64,000 nt of DNA, from NCBI RefSeq assembly GCF_963921235.1, contig NC_086097.1, forward strand, positions 151,034,001 to 151,098,000, read 5' to 3'. The notes beneath the pieces are model-generated. The model was not told the origin of the DNA, made no database searches, and worked only from the letters and a program-made list of their open reading frames with translations. Shown here piece after piece: positions 62,045 through 64,000 of this stretch. The position numbers and the translations under genes were made by a program. Within the stretch, counting starts at the first letter, position 1; the number at the start of each line of letters is the position of its first letter. The DNA is from Mobula hypostoma. Taxonomy: Eukaryota.

Positions 62045-64000
62045 CATAAGGCCATAAGATATAGGAGCAGAAATTGGCCATTTGGCCCATCGAGTCTCCT
62101 CTGCCATATCATCAAGGCTAATCCAATTTTCCTCTCAGCCCCAAACTCCTGCCTTCTTCTTGAATTCATGCCCTGACCAATCAAGAATCTATCAACCTCA
62201 ATGTTAAATATACATGGAGATTTAGCCTCCAGTGCTGTCTGTAGCAACAAATTCCGAAGATTCACTACTTTCTGCCTACAGGAATTCTTCCGCAACTTCA
62301 TTCCAAAAGGACGCCTCTATATTCTAAGACTGTGTCCTCTGGTAGGAAACATCCTCTCCACATCCAGTCTATCAAGGCCCTTCACCATTCGATTGGTTTC
62401 AATGAGGTCACGCCTAATTTTTCTGAATTCTAGTGAATGGAAGCCCACAGCTATCAAACATTCTTCATGTGACAAGCCATTCAATCCTGGAATCATTTTT
62501 GTGAACCTCGTTTGAACCCCCTCCAGCTTCATCACATCAATTCTAAGAAAAAGAGCCCGAAACTGCTCACAATGCTCCAAGTGAGGCCTCACCAGTGCTT
62601 TATAAAGCCTTCTCCCATGAATCTCAGCCAGTGGTATGGAGAGGACCCCACATGCTCCCTCTGCCCAACTTCAGCAACACTAACACACATTCTGGTGGGC
62701 TGCAAGACCAGCCTTACTCAAAGCCGATACACCTGGTGACACAACCAGGTGCTACGGTGTCTTGCAGCGGTGCTGGAAAGTCGGTGGATGAACGTCAACA
62801 CTCTCCCTCCCCCTTCATCCCGCTGGCCATTAACAGCATTTGTCCGAGAAGGTGAGGGTCAAGCCAGACTCGATACATTGAGACCAGACACTGGGCGGCT
62901 AGGCAGGGCACGTGATTGGAAGATGGCGGCAGACTTAGGCCAGAGGCTCTGCTTCCCAACTGAAATTGCGGAAACCAACCTCAGACCAGACCTTGTGCTA
63001 TGGTGGGCCTCACTCTATCTCGTTTACATCATTGAGCTTACAGTGCCCTGGGAGGATGCAGTGGAGGAGGCCTACGAGCGCAAGAAGCTGAGGTACACTG
63101 AGCTTTCAGCCGATGTGCAACAACATGGCTGGAGAGCAAGGGTCCAACCCGTCGAATTAGGCTGCAGAGGATTTGTAGCCACATCAACATCAAGGCTACT
63201 CCGGGAGTTGGGAGTGTGAGGTAAGACACACCGACAAGCAGTCAAAGATCTCTCCAGAGCTGCTGAAAAGGGTAGTCAGTGGCTCTGGATGAAGAGAAAC
63301 GATTCCATCTGGGCCCCAAGTGAGTGAAAGGCATCTAGGGGGTGAGCCCGGGACGCCGGGATTCACTGCTGAACCCTCTGGAGGTGTCGTGGGCCTATCA
63401 GCGAAACACTGAGGAAAGAGGGCGCTCACTTGATAACCCAGAAGATGCCACCACACAGTTGGCCACCCCACAGAGTCTAGGCAGCATTGTTTCAGGAGTG
63501 CAAAGAAGGGATATTAACATCTCGTCCTATATAACATACCTCAACATTACTTCCTTGCTTTTATATTCTAATCATCTTGAAATGAATTTGCCTTCCTCAT
63601 CACAGACTCAAACTGCAAATTAACCTTTAGGGAATTCAGCACAAGTCCCTTTGCATCTCAGTTTTTTGTTTTTTTCCCTTTATTTAGAAAATAGGTAATC
63701 CTTTCATTTCTTCTACCGAAGTGCATGACCATACACTTCCCAACTGTATTGCATCTACCATTTCTTTGCCCCTTCTTCTAATCTGTCTGTCCTTCTGTAG
63801 CCTCTCTACTTCCTCAAAACTACCTGACCCTCCACCTATCTTCATATCATCTTCAAACTTTTGCAACAAAGCCATTAATTCCATCATCTAAATCATTAAC
63901 AAATGACATTAAAAGAGTCAATCCCAACACAAAACCCCTGTGGAACTCTACTGGTCACCAGCAGCCACCCAGAAAAGGCTTCCTTTATTCCCACTATTTG
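62045..64000 (-). mobile_element. CR1 LINE (TCTTATGG-tailed family) interrupted by a HERO-type element; runs off the window
   Basis: ORFs 62317-62592 (RPHLEHCEQF) and 63684-63887 (KFEDDMKIGG), with tail ccataaggccataagatatagg. Confidence 0.88.
62611..63530 (+). mobile_element. 5'-truncated HERO-type (RLE-clade) non-LTR retrotransposon: CCHC finger, restriction-like endonuclease, 3'UTR
   Basis: CSLC..ATLTHILVGC, RYTW(R)HNQVL, LRPDLVLW, IIELTVPWE, YERKKLRY and PVELGCRGF. The two in-frame TGA stops sit at expected Arg positions. Confidence 0.88.

Noticed and set aside
63400..63420. gaaac...ctgagga in the HERO 3'UTR as a hammerhead
   Set aside because: GAAA and CUGANGA are only 2 nt apart, leaving no room for stems III/I and a cleavage triplet.

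Overview
This is eukaryotic, vertebrate-type genomic DNA. It is most likely from a cartilaginous fish (shark or ray), judged from HE1/V-SINE-like SINEs, HER1/CR1-like LINEs and a SacSINE1/Deu-like SINE recognised from memory. No host protein-coding gene, tRNA, rRNA or CRISPR array can be supported. The window is intronic or intergenic and roughly two-thirds transposon-derived. It contains many CR1 LINE fragments, Rex1/Babar-type LINEs, an RTE LINE and a bipartite RTE derivative, Penelope-like elements (PLEs), and three decayed Gypsy LTR elements, one of them a chromovirus. It also holds a full-length IR/DR Tc1 element, a Tigger/pogo derivative, a hAT MITE and a HERO-type restriction-endonuclease retrotransposon, and many elements are nested. 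The most striking structure is a set of short PLE insertions built as head-to-head inverted repeats. Their arms reach 331 bp at about 99.7% identity, their target-site duplications are 7-16 bp, and one arm carries an asymmetric 30-40-nt tail. The termini contain a minimal hammerhead-ribozyme motif (stem I-CUGANGA-stem II-GAAA-CG-UC-stem I), so both strands encode a candidate self-cleaving RNA. Other notable points are two independent antisense CR1 insertions into the same LNEYF codons of host CR1 copies, a Tigger4/Zombi-like plus MER2-like chimera resembling mammalian elements, and weak candidate + strand exons. Family names are from recognition, not database searches. Boundaries of old elements are approximate.
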